From: a virus
IMG/VR virus record: IMGVR_UViG_3300021961_000063
Span: 11,207-75,206 of that record
Reading direction: 5' to 3' (one strand)
DNA: 64,000 bases
The translations under genes and the position numbers were made by a program. Positions 29,562-39,600 of this stretch are shown piece after piece. Position 1 is the stretch's first letter, and each line of letters begins with the position of its first letter. Below the pieces are notes generated by a model. It saw only the letters and a program-made list of their open reading frames with translations. It had not been told where the DNA came from and did no database searches.

Positions 29562-32155
29562 TGTATCAAGCTCTATACTTTGATAGAGAGGAAAAACAGT
29601 ATTATCTGAGAGATGATAGGTGGGACGGTTTTAAATCTTTTAAATACTGGCCCTCCTATTATGCTCCAGATTCTGATGGTGAGTTTGAAACACTAGAGGG
29701 AACTAGAGTATCCCCTGTTAAAAAAATGTCCGATTACAAAAACCCTTGGTATTTTGAAAAGGATGTAGATAAACTTACTCGTTTACTTGTTGATTATTAT
29801 TACGAATCAGACGAACCACCTAAATTTCATAACATTGTTTATTTAGACATTGAGTGTGAGATTATGGGAGCGTTAACCGAGGATAACATTAAGGATCCTA
29901 AAGGTAAAATCACAGCTGTTGCTTTATATAATCAAAACGATAAAAAATATTACTGTTTAATTTTAGATGAAGCTAAAAAAATGTCTGCTGCTAGGTCTGA
30001 GGGTAAAGAAATTATCCCTTATGCTAGTGAAAAAGAATTATTACACGGATTTTTAGAAAAATGGTATGAATTAGATCCTACTATTATTACAGGATGGAAT
30101 AGTGGTTTTTTTGATATTCCTTATTTATATTATAGAATTAAAAAAGTATTAGGCGAATCAATTGCCCAAACACTTTCTCCTATTAATAAAATTCATTTTA
30201 CACCTCAATTCCCCGAACAACCTGTTAATTTTGCTGGTATTAATCACCTTGATTATATGCTTTTGTTTAAAAAATATATTGTAAAACAAGAGCCATCTTA
30301 TCGTTTAGGTGATATTGGTAAAAAATATGCTGACCTAGAAAAAATTGAATATCAAGGTTCATTAGATAGATTGTTTGCTGAGGATGTAGATAAATTTATT
30401 GAATATAACCTTCGAGACGTAGAAATTATTGTTGAGTTAGAAAACAGACTTAAATTTATTGACCTAACAACTACAATTGTTCACTTGTGCCATACAGAAT
30501 ATGAAGCTATTTATTTTTCTACTCTGTTAAATGAAGGAGCTATTTTAACTTACCTAAAACGTAGAGGTATTGTTTCACCTAACAAACCTACAACCTACAA
30601 TCCAGCATTAAGAACATTAGAGGAAGAATATGCTGGAGGTTATTTGAAAGATCCTACACCTGGTTTGTATGAGTGGGTTATTGACTTAGATTTTACCTCA
30701 TTGTATCCTTCTATTATTCGCTCACTTAATATGGGAATTGAAACATTAGTAGGTAGAATTGTAAACCGAGGTAAATTCGACAACCAATGGTCACTTAAGG
30801 AACTTAGGTCAATGGATCCTAATACTACTATTGAGATTGAAAAAGTAAAAAAAGATAGAACAACAGTTAGATCTAAAACCACAGTTGGGGATATAATTGG
30901 AGTTATTGAGGAAAATGACCTATTAATTTCCGCTCCAGGAGTAATGTTCCGTAAGGATAAATCAAGTGTTGTTTGTGAAATTCTAGCTGACTGGTTTGCT
31001 AAACGTCAAGAGTATAAAAAACTCATGAAAAAAGCATACAAGGAAGATAATGACCCAGTTATGGGAGAGTTTTACAATAAACGTCAACACGCTTATAAAA
31101 TTAAGTTGAATGACGTTTATGGTGTATTTGCTATCAATGGTTGGAGATACACAGATGGTAATAAATTCATTAGTAAAGCAATTACTTTAACAGGTCAACG
31201 ATTAACTCAAGAAAGTATTAAGTTTGTTAATAATTGGTTAAATGAACAATTAGAAACTAACAATAAAGATTATATTGTCACCTCAGATACCGATTCATTG
31301 TTTATTCAAGTAAAAGATTTAATTTTACAACGTAAACCTGAGTTAGTAAATGCTGATAAGGAAACAATTGTAAAAGAAGTACTACAAGTTGCTACTGAAA
31401 TTCAAAAATTAGCAAACGATAATCTACATACAATGGTTAAGGAATTATTTAATGTTGATTATCCAAATGAACCTCATTATTTCGAATTAAAACAAGAGGT
31501 TGTACTTGATAGAGGTTATTTTGCTGGCAAGCGTAGATACGCCCAACATATTGTTAACAAAGAAGGTGTTACTGTAGATGAATTAGATGTTAAAGGTTTG
31601 GATTTGATGAAATCAAATTTCCCACCATTGTTTAGAAGATTCGGTGAACATATTATTAATGAAATTATGTTTGGTAAACCTAAAGATGATGTTGATAAAC
31701 AAATATTAGACTTTAGAACCGAATTAAGAACAATTGATTGGAGACAAATTTTAAAACCTACTGGATTAAAGAAAATGGAAGAATATTTAGCTGCTCCCCC
31801 TAGAGGTGGTGAAATATTTTCTAAATTAGGATTAAAATGCCCTATTAATACTAAAGCAGCTATTTACTATAATGATATTTTAAGATTTAAGGGACTAGAC
31901 AAAAAATACCCAACATTCCAAATTGGTGATAAAATGTTTATTGCTTATTTAAAAGATAATCCCTATCGAATTGATGTTGTTGGTTTTAATGGATACAATG
32001 ATCCCCCAGAAATGATGGAATTTATAGAAAAGTATATTGATAGAGACGGTTTGTTTGATTCAGTTATGAAAAACAAACTAGAGTCATTATATTCAGATCT
32101 AGGTTGGGGTGCTGTAGTGCTTAACCAAAACATAAATAAATTTTTTAAATTTTAA
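29561..32155 (+). CDS. Family B DNA polymerase
   Basis: DIECE, GWNS..FDIPY, YNLRD, DFTSLYPS, K..LNDVYG, SDTDS, KRRY, KGLD. Confidence 0.96.
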   Translation: MYQALYFDREEKQYYLRDDRWDGFKSFKYWPSYYAPDSDGEFETLEGTRVSPVKKMSDYKNPWYFEKDVDKLTRLLVDYYYESDEPPKFHNIVYLDIECEIMGALTEDNIKDPKGKITAVALYNQNDKKYYCLILDEAKKMSAARSEGKEIIPYASEKELLHGFLEKWYELDPTIITGWNSGFFDIPYLYYRIKKVLGESIAQTLSPINKIHFTPQFPEQPVNFAGINHLDYMLLFKKYIVKQEPSYRLGDIGKKYADLEKIEYQGSLDRLFAEDVDKFIEYNLRDVEIIVELENRLKFIDLTTTIVHLCHTEYEAIYFSTLLNEGAILTYLKRRGIVSPNKPTTYNPALRTLEEEYAGGYLKDPTPGLYEWVIDLDFTSLYPSIIRSLNMGIETLVGRIVNRGKFDNQWSLKELRSMDPNTTIEIEKVKKDRTTVRSKTTVGDIIGVIEENDLLISAPGVMFRKDKSSVVCEILADWFAKRQEYKKLMKKAYKEDNDPVMGEFYNKRQHAYKIKLNDVYGVFAINGWRYTDGNKFISKAITLTGQRLTQESIKFVNNWLNEQLETNNKDYIVTSDTDSLFIQVKDLILQRKPELVNADKETIVKEVLQVATEIQKLANDNLHTMVKELFNVDYPNEPHYFELKQEVVLDRGYFAGKRRYAQHIVNKEGVTVDELDVKGLDLMKSNFPPLFRRFGEHIINEIMFGKPKDDVDKQILDFRTELRTIDWRQILKPTGLKKMEEYLAAPPRGGEIFSKLGLKCPINTKAAIYYNDILRFKGLDKKYPTFQIGDKMFIAYLKDNPYRIDVVGFNGYNDPPEMMEFIEKYIDRDGLFDSVMKNKLESLYSDLGWGAVVLNQNINKFFKF

Positions 32156-32157
32156 AA

Positions 32158-32898
32158 ATGATTAATAAACTAGATTTACAAAGTATTATTTCAAAGTATT
32201 ACTTGAACGGAATGAATGAGGCCGTCAAGTGGGATATTAAAGATAATAAGTTAACTATTAAGTTTACTGCTCCTGATAAAACTATGATTGGGATAGTAAC
32301 TTGTGATGACTTTGAATTAGAGGATTCATCTATCGGAATTAGTAATACTACTCAACTAAATAAACTAATTGCTATTACAAATGGTTATCTAACTTTAGAA
32401 TTTGTTAAGCAACACAAATTAATTACTAAACTTATCATAGCAGACAACCAGTTTACTTTAAACTATGCTTTAGCTGATACTATGATTATTCCTAAAGCCG
32501 GCGAGTATGTTGGAGATGGTGTCTATAACATTGAAGCTTCATTAGATAACGAAAGTATAAACGCTATAGTTAAAGCAAAATCCGCTCTTGCTGACACCGA
32601 TACAGTTGTATTTAAACCGTTTACTAACGATGATGGTGATTTATTATTAGAAATGTTGTTTGGAGGTAATATCGAATACTCAAACAAAGTATCCTTTTAC
32701 CTACCAGAAATTACAACAACTAATTTACCTAATGAATTTAAAGCACACTATAACTCTAATTTGATTAAAGAAATTATGTACTGTAACAAAGATGTATCTA
32801 ATTGTACCATGGGAATTAATTTAGATGGAGTTATGAGACTTGCTTTCGATAACGGAAGTGTTAAGAGCGAATATTATTTAGTAGCAAAAGAACTTTAA
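32158..32898 (+). CDS. DNA sliding clamp (gp45/PCNA-like)
   Basis: 246 aa directly after PolB, clamp-like size, C-terminal YYLVA. Confidence 0.65.
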   Translation: MINKLDLQSIISKYYLNGMNEAVKWDIKDNKLTIKFTAPDKTMIGIVTCDDFELEDSSIGISNTTQLNKLIAITNGYLTLEFVKQHKLITKLIIADNQFTLNYALADTMIIPKAGEYVGDGVYNIEASLDNESINAIVKAKSALADTDTVVFKPFTNDDGDLLLEMLFGGNIEYSNKVSFYLPEITTTNLPNEFKAHYNSNLIKEIMYCNKDVSNCTMGINLDGVMRLAFDNGSVKSEYYLVAKEL

Positions 32899-32900
32899 AG

Positions 32901-33293
32901 ATGAACACTAAGACTAAAAGCCCGGTATTTGAAAATACCAAGAAAAATTACTTAATTGACATTGACGGAACAATTACCGATGATGTACCTAATGAAGAAC
33001 CTGAAAGAATGGTTACGTGTGAACCCTTTGAAGGTAGTATCGACTTAATAAATAAATGGTATGATGAAGGGCATATAATCACCTTTTTTACCTCTAGAAC
33101 AGAAGCACATAGAAAAATAACTGAAGAATGGTTATATAAATATGGTTACAAATATCATAACCTATTATTAAACAAACCAAGAGGGGGTAATTATCATTGG
33201 ATTGATAACCATGTTGTTAGAGCTACAAGATATAATGGCAAATGGTCTCCCTTAACAACAATAAGTGCCAACATTCAAGTATTTGAAGAATGA
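32901..33293 (+). CDS. HAD-superfamily phosphatase
   Basis: DIDGT, FTSR, KPRGG..WIDN. Confidence 0.8.
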   Translation: MNTKTKSPVFENTKKNYLIDIDGTITDDVPNEEPERMVTCEPFEGSIDLINKWYDEGHIITFFTSRTEAHRKITEEWLYKYGYKYHNLLLNKPRGGNYHWIDNHVVRATRYNGKWSPLTTISANIQVFEE

Positions 33294-33586
33294 GTTTTAC
33301 ACGTTACATAGTTGAACAAGACCATGAAAAAACCATTTGGATGGATTGGAATTGGAATAAACACAGAGAAGGTGATTTACCAGCGATCGAATATAATGAT
33401 GGTACTAAAGTTTGGTATAAAAATGGTTTAAAACATAGAGATGGTGGACTACCCGCTGTAGTATTTACTGATGGTCATCAAGAATGGTGGGTGAATGGTA
33501 AATTACATAGAGAAGACGGACCTGCAATTGTAAGAGCTGAAGGTCACGTTTTTTATTTTAAAAATGGAAAAGAAGAAACTAAATAA
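33290..33586 (+). CDS. Beta-hairpin repeat protein
   Basis: Three HR(E/D)xx(x)PA...G...(W/F)..NG repeats. Confidence 0.7.
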   Translation: MSFTRYIVEQDHEKTIWMDWNWNKHREGDLPAIEYNDGTKVWYKNGLKHRDGGLPAVVFTDGHQEWWVNGKLHREDGPAIVRAEGHVFYFKNGKEETK

Positions 33587-33622
33587 CTATTAAAAATAAA
33601 AACATATAATATGTATAACAAA

Positions 33623-33639
33623 GTGAAACCTTAGGGAAC
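33623..33639 (+). repeat. Left arm of inverted repeat enclosing hsp20
   Basis: GTGAAACCTTAGGGAAC; reverse complement of 34108-34125 with one gap. Confidence 0.85.
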
Positions 33640-33667
33640 ACTTAAATCATCTTAGGAGATAAAAATT

Positions 33668-34102
33668 ATGACAAATTTAAGCATTTTTGAGAGACAACTC
33701 TCACCATTTGACATCCTATTTAAGGATCTTTTCAAATCAGAACTAAACTTTCAACCAGCCATTGAGGCTAAATTTCCCCACCCAGTAGACATTTACGAAA
33801 ACAAAGACGGACTCCATTTTGAAGTGGCATGTACTGGTCTTACTAAAGAAGATGTTGACCTAAATATCGAGGGTGATGTATTAAAAATCAGTTATGATAA
33901 AAATGACGACAATAGTTGTTGCGATGTAAATGATTGTAACTATATTAAACGAGGAATCGCTCGTCGTTCATTTAATCTAGGTTATAAAATTGCTAACAAG
34001 TTTAATTTAACTAAAGCTGAGGCTGAAATGAAAAACGGCTTGTTAAAAATTTCAATTCCATTCGCTGAAGAAGCAAAACCAAAAACATTAACAATTAAGT
34101 AA
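33668..34102 (+). CDS. Small heat-shock protein (Hsp20/IbpA family)
   Basis: PVDIYE, EVA..G, RGIARRSF, A..KNGLL.I.IP. Confidence 0.93.
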   Translation: MTNLSIFERQLSPFDILFKDLFKSELNFQPAIEAKFPHPVDIYENKDGLHFEVACTGLTKEDVDLNIEGDVLKISYDKNDDNSCCDVNDCNYIKRGIARRSFNLGYKIANKFNLTKAEAEMKNGLLKISIPFAEEAKPKTLTIK

Positions 34103-34107
34103 AACCC

Positions 34108-34125
34108 GTTCTCCTAAGGTTTCAC
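34108..34125 (-). repeat. Right arm of inverted repeat enclosing hsp20
   Basis: GTTCTCCTAAGGTTTCAC immediately after the stop codon. Confidence 0.85.
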
Positions 34126-34130
34126 AGGTT

Positions 34131-34331
34131 ATGAAATTACATCTAATTAAAACTAAGGATGATACTTTGTATGAAGTAATACATCAGGAAGTAGAAACAA
34201 AACAAATTGATTCTGAAAAAATGAGAATCAAATATCACTGTACTGATGTTTTTAGAAACAATGGTCAATATTGGTTTGTTAGAAAAATAGAAGAAGCACA
34301 AATTATTGAAGAAAATTTGGAAAAACAATAA
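34131..34331 (+). CDS. Hypothetical protein
   Basis: 66 aa, GGTTATG start. Confidence 0.6.
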   Translation: MKLHLIKTKDDTLYEVIHQEVETKQIDSEKMRIKYHCTDVFRNNGQYWFVRKIEEAQIIEENLEKQ

Positions 34332-34351
34332 AAAGTTATTATATTCACGTT

Positions 34352-34645
34352 ATGACTAAAGAAAAAGAATACACACGTACTATTATTGATCCTGCAATGG
34401 AACCCTATTTCATCTCAATGGATGATAGTTGTATAACTGTTAACATTAAAGTTACCCCTGATTCTCGTTATAGTGATTCAGGTAAAGATTATGTTAAAGT
34501 AATAGGACATTATAGCAATGTAAGTAGTGCCTTAAAATCAATTATTAAAGACAAAACGAACAGTCAATCCTATGATTCTTTAAAAGAGTATATGGATGAG
34601 TACAGTAATCTTACTGAACGTTTAAATCAAGTATTAAATTTTTAA
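34352..34645 (+). CDS. Hypothetical protein
   Basis: 97 aa after TTTGG-N19-TATATT promoter. Confidence 0.65.
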   Translation: MTKEKEYTRTIIDPAMEPYFISMDDSCITVNIKVTPDSRYSDSGKDYVKVIGHYSNVSSALKSIIKDKTNSQSYDSLKEYMDEYSNLTERLNQVLNF

Positions 34646-34648
34646 AAT

Positions 34649-34993
34649 ATGTTAGAAGCAATTTATAATGCCGTTATCGTAAAACCTATTGAGGTAGAGG
34701 AAACCTCATATGGTAATATTATCGTTCCTGATTTAGGAAATGAAAAAAACAAATTAGGAGAAGTTGTAGCAGTTGGTCCTGGTAACTATTCAGCTACAGG
34801 AGTTCTTATAAAAACTATGCTTAAAGTAGGAGATATTGTTGTGTTGCCTACAATGGGGTTTTCTAAAATGGAATATCAAGGTGAAGAATATTGGTTGGGA
34901 CCTGAAAATCAAGTTTTAGCTCGTATAGCAGATGAAAAAACTTCAATTCAAGAAATTATTGAACAAACAGAACCTTTTAAAGAAGAAAAATAA
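34649..34993 (+). CDS. groES: Co-chaperonin GroES
   Basis: GNIIVPD, GEVVAVGPG, KVGD.V. Confidence 0.9.
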   Translation: MLEAIYNAVIVKPIEVEETSYGNIIVPDLGNEKNKLGEVVAVGPGNYSATGVLIKTMLKVGDIVVLPTMGFSKMEYQGEEYWLGPENQVLARIADEKTSIQEIIEQTEPFKEEK

Positions 34994-34995
34994 TT

Positions 34996-36606
34996 ATGAG
35001 TAAAATTATAGAATTTGGCCCTGAGGCTCGTAAAAAAATGATTGATGGTATCGACAAACTTGCCGATGCCGTAACAGCAACTCTTGGTCCTAATGGACGT
35101 AATGTAGTTATTGCAAACGGAGGTGTTCCTCAAAGCACTAAGGATGGTGTAACTGTAGCTAAATCTATTACCCTAGAAGATCCAATTGAAGAATTAGGAG
35201 TACAGTTAGTAAAACAAGCAGCTATTAAAACAGCAGACAACGCGGGTGATGGTACTACAACATCAACATTGTTGGCTCGTGAAATGGCTAAGCAAGGTCT
35301 TAAGTATCTTAATCACGGTGAAAATGCTGTTGAAATTAAACGTAGCATTGATAAATCAGTAAAAGATATCATTAATTATCTTCGCCAAGAAATTAAAGAA
35401 GATATTTCTAGTGAAGAACAACTTAAACAAATTGCCACTATTTCAGCTAACAATGATGAAGAAGTAGGTGAATTGATTGCTACCGCTATGCAAAAAGTAG
35501 GTCGTGAAGGTGTTGTTTTTGTAGAAGAATCTAAAAACGGTGAAACATATCTTGAAACAGTTGAAGGTATGCAATTTGATCGTGGTTACAAATCACCTTA
35601 TTTTGTAACTGATAACAATAATATGACAACTACTTTACACGATGCTTTGATTTTAATTGCTGATAAGCGTTTTACAACAGTAAAAGAATTGTTGCCTATT
35701 TTAGAAGCAGTATCTAACCAGAATAAACCTTTGGTTTTGATTGCTGAAGACATTGATGGTGAAGCACTTGCTACTTTGATTGTAAACAAAGCTCGTGGTA
35801 TCTTGAAAGTTGTAGCTGTTAAAGCTCCTGACTTTGGAGATCGTCGTAAGTTGTTGCTTGAGGATATGGCTATTTTGACTGGTGGTGAAGTATTCAGTAC
35901 TGAAAAAGGAATGAAACTTGACAAATTCAGTTGGGATTGGTTTGGTCAAGCTCGAGTAGTTACTGTAGGTAAAGAAGAAACCACTATTGTTGATGGTAAA
36001 GGTGATGCTGATAAGATTGCTGCTCGTATTGAAGAACTCCAATCTCAGGTTGAAAACTCTACTTCACCATATGAAAAAGAAAAATTACAAGAACGTTTGG
36101 CTAAATTTATTGGTGGTGTAGCAGTTGTTCACGTAGGTGGATTTACAGAAGCTGAAATGAAAGAAAAGAAAGATCGAGTAGATGATGCTTTACAAGCTAC
36201 AAAAGCCGCTCTAGAAGAAGGTATTGTACCTGGTGGTGGAATGGCTTTATTGCATGCTCGTAATGGTATTCAAGATTTTAATACTATTGGTGGTCGCATT
36301 GTTTATAACGCTTGTGCTGAACCCTTTAAGAAAATTTTGTCAAATGCTGGTTACGAACAAGAAGACATTTACAATGCTCTTTCAGGTGCTACCGGAGGTG
36401 ATTATTGGTATGGTTTTAATCTTAGCGATGATGATTTTTGGGATATGAGAGAAATTGGAGTAATCGATCCTGCTAAAGTAACTCGTACAGCCCTTGAAAA
36501 TGCAGCATCCGTTGCCGGAACTATTTTATTGACAGAAGCTGTTGTAGTTGATAAGCCCGAAGAAAAAGATGATGATGGGCTTGGAGGTATGATGGGAATG
36601 ATGTAA
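34996..36606 (+). CDS. groEL: Chaperonin GroEL
   Basis: [35 protein letters not shown] tail. Confidence 0.97.
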   Translation: MSKIIEFGPEARKKMIDGIDKLADAVTATLGPNGRNVVIANGGVPQSTKDGVTVAKSITLEDPIEELGVQLVKQAAIKTADNAGDGTTTSTLLAREMAKQGLKYLNHGENAVEIKRSIDKSVKDIINYLRQEIKEDISSEEQLKQIATISANNDEEVGELIATAMQKVGREGVVFVEESKNGETYLETVEGMQFDRGYKSPYFVTDNNNMTTTLHDALILIADKRFTTVKELLPILEAVSNQNKPLVLIAEDIDGEALATLIVNKARGILKVVAVKAPDFGDRRKLLLEDMAILTGGEVFSTEKGMKLDKFSWDWFGQARVVTVGKEETTIVDGKGDADKIAARIEELQSQVENSTSPYEKEKLQERLAKFIGGVAVVHVGGFTEAEMKEKKDRVDDALQATKAALEEGIVPGGGMALLHARNGIQDFNTIGGRIVYNACAEPFKKILSNAGYEQEDIYNALSGATGGDYWYGFNLSDDDFWDMREIGVIDPAKVTRTALENAASVAGTILLTEAVVVDKPEEKDDDGLGGMMGMM

Positions 36607-36615
36607 ATTTAAAGT

Positions 36616-36819
36616 ATGCAAGACGCAATAGGTCTCATAGGAAGAACCCTTGTTATAGAAGAAGTTATTTACAAGGTTAAAGATTTCTACTTTGTTCCCG
36701 GTACAAATTTATTGTACGTCGGTCTTCAAACCCCTGATAAAGCAGTTGTAAATTGGAGATATGAGAACCTATTGCCTTACTTTATTGAACAAGTCCACTT
36801 TGGTCACAGCCAGTTATGA
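36616..36819 (+). CDS. Hypothetical protein
   Basis: 67 aa in operon. Confidence 0.5.
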   Translation: MQDAIGLIGRTLVIEEVIYKVKDFYFVPGTNLLYVGLQTPDKAVVNWRYENLLPYFIEQVHFGHSQL

Positions 36820-37082
36820 AAACAGAAATACAAGAAAAATTAATCGAAATCGCTAAACGAGTACCTCCTGGAGATCGTTGGGAAGTAAATGGGGTTAAAG
36901 ACGTTCAAAACGGCTTAACAGATGCTTTAGAAGCATACTACCAGTCATCAACTAATAAACCTATTGCCTTTCGTTTAGATTTGGTTAATAGTAAACTTTA
37001 CGGTATATTCAACAATGAAGTAGAAGTTAAAGAACCTGAACCTAAACAATATTCAATCTATGGGGATTACACTTTAGACTAA
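36816..37082 (+). CDS. Hypothetical protein
   Basis: RVPPGDRW motif, 88 aa. Confidence 0.6.
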   Translation: MKTEIQEKLIEIAKRVPPGDRWEVNGVKDVQNGLTDALEAYYQSSTNKPIAFRLDLVNSKLYGIFNNEVEVKEPEPKQYSIYGDYTLD

Positions 37083-37101
37083 TCCCCGTATATTTATAAT
37101 C

Positions 37102-37602
37102 ATGAAAACATGTAATGATTGTAAAATAAACGAAGCTAAGTATAACAATGGAAAATGTAAAGATTGTAATACAGCTTATATGACTGAGTATAGAAAAACT
37201 CAAAACTACAAAGAATACCAGACTAAAGATTATACAAAAACAAAAGAAAAACGTTTAGCTTATAAAAAAGATTATTACCAATCTCATAAAGCAGAACGAG
37301 CTAAATATATGAGAGATTATAGAAAAGCAAATCCTAAATATAGAGCTCAAGATGCTATAATAACTTATATAAATAAAAAAATTAAAGAAAGAGCTGATTT
37401 TATTGATTATTTAGGTTGTGGTTGGAATGAATTTTTTGTATATTTAGAAAAACAATTTACAGAAAATATGAATTGGGATAACTATGGAACATATTGGGAA
37501 ATTGATCATATCCATCCGCTAAGTAAAGGAGGTAGTTTTCATTATACTAATACCCAACCATTAACAATTACCGAAAACAGAAGAAAATATAATAAGTTAT
37601 GA
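37102..37602 (+). CDS. Free-standing HNH (homing) endonuclease
   Basis: CxxC..CxxC, basic linker, YLGC, M.WDNYG..WEIDHIHPL, HYTN.QPL...EN..K. Confidence 0.8.
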   Translation: MKTCNDCKINEAKYNNGKCKDCNTAYMTEYRKTQNYKEYQTKDYTKTKEKRLAYKKDYYQSHKAERAKYMRDYRKANPKYRAQDAIITYINKKIKERADFIDYLGCGWNEFFVYLEKQFTENMNWDNYGTYWEIDHIHPLSKGGSFHYTNTQPLTITENRRKYNKL

Positions 37603-38531
37603 GTTCTAAACAACATACATTGTGGAATGAAAAATATCGTTCTCAAGATCTTTCTACATATGTAGGAAATGAACAAATAAAAGGTACTATTTCTAAGTAC
37701 CTAGAACAAAATGATATTCAAAACTTTATTTTTTATGGTCCAGCAGGAACTGGTAAAACTACTCTTGCTAAACTCATTGTTAATAATCTTAATTGCGATT
37801 TTCTCTATATTAATGCTTCCGATGAACGTGGTATTGATACTATTAGGGATAAGGTACAGGGTTTCTCGTCTGTTGCTTCTTTTAAGCCGCTCAAAGTTGT
37901 CATCTTGGACGAGGCTGATTTCCTTACTATTCAGGCTCAGGCGTCGCTAAGAAACATTATTGAGACATTCTCACGTACAACAAGATTTATCTTGACTTGT
38001 AACTATATTGAAAGGATTATTGACCCTCTTCAATCACGTTGCCAGGTACTTAAAATTGTTCCTCCCTCTAAACAAGAGGTAGCAGTTCACATTAACAATA
38101 TCTTACAACAAGAAAATGTTAGTATTGATTTAGATAACTTAAAACTAGTTGTCAATCAATTTTATCCTGACCTACGTAAAATGCTTAACACACTACAAAT
38201 GAGTGTAGTAGGCGACGAAATTGTTGTAGATAAAAGTGTATTAGTGTCTAGTAATTATAAAAATCAAATACTTACGGAATTATGTAAACCAAGTTCTAAA
38301 TCATTTAATAACATTAGACAAATCATAGCTGATTCTGGTGTGAGTGATTTTGAAGACCTATTCAGATTTTTATTTGACCACGTAGACAAATATGCTCCTA
38401 CAGAAGCAGGTCAGGTAATTATTTACCTTGAGGAATACCAGTACCATTCTAATTTTAGAATTGATAAAGAGATCAATGCTATGGCTCTTATCTCTAGAAT
38501 ATTATCTGTAGCTGGTAAAAAAGTATTATGA
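37599..38531 (+). CDS. Clamp loader ATPase subunit (gp44/RFC-like)
   Basis: EKYR, GPAGTGKT, NASDERG, LDEAD, SRC. Confidence 0.93.
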   Translation: MSSKQHTLWNEKYRSQDLSTYVGNEQIKGTISKYLEQNDIQNFIFYGPAGTGKTTLAKLIVNNLNCDFLYINASDERGIDTIRDKVQGFSSVASFKPLKVVILDEADFLTIQAQASLRNIIETFSRTTRFILTCNYIERIIDPLQSRCQVLKIVPPSKQEVAVHINNILQQENVSIDLDNLKLVVNQFYPDLRKMLNTLQMSVVGDEIVVDKSVLVSSNYKNQILTELCKPSSKSFNNIRQIIADSGVSDFEDLFRFLFDHVDKYAPTEAGQVIIYLEEYQYHSNFRIDKEINAMALISRILSVAGKKVL

Positions 38532-38716
38532 AACAATTCCTAAAGTTTACTGTAATTTGGATTAGCCAAAATCTTTCCGTACCTTTCTGGATGGTAGGTC
38601 ACGTTCACTTAATGACAACTGTGTATCAAGACATACATGAAATTATTATGAGCATGGGTATGAATATTATAGTAGCAATAGGATTTTATTTAGATTATAA
38701 ACAAAACAAAAAATGA
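38528..38716 (+). CDS. Small membrane protein
   Basis: Two hydrophobic segments. Confidence 0.55.
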   Translation: MKQFLKFTVIWISQNLSVPFWMVGHVHLMTTVYQDIHEIIMSMGMNIIVAIGFYLDYKQNKK

Positions 38717-38952
38717 AAGATCAATTAAACATTAATTTAGATTTATCTAAAACAACAGAAGTTTTAACTCAAACAGGTACCCCGGTATGGGAACAAGGAG
38801 TAGTACTTCGTAAAGTATCTCGCTTTGTAACAGGCACAGCTGAAGATGCTATCATCCCCATTCCTGTATTTTATGATCCCAAAACAGGAGAAATTTGTCA
38901 AGAAACTCTCCCTAAGGAATTAAGAGAATACTACAAAGATGACGTTATTTGA
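38713..38952 (+). CDS. Hypothetical protein
   Basis: LRKVSRF..G...DAIIPIPVFY. Confidence 0.6.
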   Translation: MKDQLNINLDLSKTTEVLTQTGTPVWEQGVVLRKVSRFVTGTAEDAIIPIPVFYDPKTGEICQETLPKELREYYKDDVI

Positions 38953-39358
38953 TTGGTTAAAACATATAACAACAGATAAAAAACCTTGGTCTTCTTTTAC
39001 AGAAGATCAACAAGAATCGTTCAATTCTTACATGGTTCATCGGTTTGTAAGTATGTATGAGGGATATACTGAGGTCGCAAATTACGGCCAAAGAATCCCG
39101 TATCCTGAAAAGGAAAAAACCTACAAGTATTATTGCACCATGTTACCAAAAAAGAATATATTCCTCAAGTATGTTAAGTCTTCTAAAAAAAGACCAGCCA
39201 CCGATTTATTAAAACACATAGCTGATTATTATGTTATCTCTCTAGGAGAAGCTGAGGATTATATTCATCTCCTTAAACGAGAAGGAATAGAACATATTCT
39301 TGAAAAAGCAGGAGTTGACAATAAAGAAATTAAAAAGTTATTAAAAGAAATTAAATGA
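38939..39358 (+). CDS. Clamp loader small subunit (gp62-like)
   Basis: LFDWL..I...K, FNSYMVHRF.S, LKYVK, EA.DY. Confidence 0.7.
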   Translation: MTLFDWLKHITTDKKPWSSFTEDQQESFNSYMVHRFVSMYEGYTEVANYGQRIPYPEKEKTYKYYCTMLPKKNIFLKYVKSSKKRPATDLLKHIADYYVISLGEAEDYIHLLKREGIEHILEKAGVDNKEIKKLLKEIK

Positions 39359-39600
39359 CAAAAAATAGCGATGTGTGGGGAGTTTATCCTGCCAAAACCT
39401 CAGAACCATTCAAACCGGATTCAATAGTACAATCAGTTGTTAATAAATTTAACTCACGTGCTAAACAAGGTTTTGAAAAATATAATAACACTCTAGATAG
39501 AAACGATTTTACTGTATTAGAATGGATTGAGAATGCTCAAGAAGAACTAATGGATGGAATCCTTTATTTAGAGAAGTTGAAAAAAACATTAGGTGGCTAA
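39355..39600 (+). CDS. Small MazG-like (all-alpha NTP pyrophosphohydrolase-type) protein
   Basis: R...G..KY..TLDR.D..W...AQEELMDG..Y. Confidence 0.5.
   Translation: MTKNSDVWGVYPAKTSEPFKPDSIVQSVVNKFNSRAKQGFEKYNNTLDRNDFTVLEWIENAQEELMDGILYLEKLKKTLGG

Noticed and set aside
13900-32155. Inteins or introns in nrdJ and the PolB gene
   Set aside because: ORFs are uninterrupted, of normal length, and show no splicing or LAGLIDADG motifs
33623-34125. CIRCE/HrcA operator or IS terminal repeats as the explanation for the hsp20 repeats
   Set aside because: No match to TTAGCACTC-N9-GAGTGCTAA; no transposase, recombinase or target duplication seen nearby
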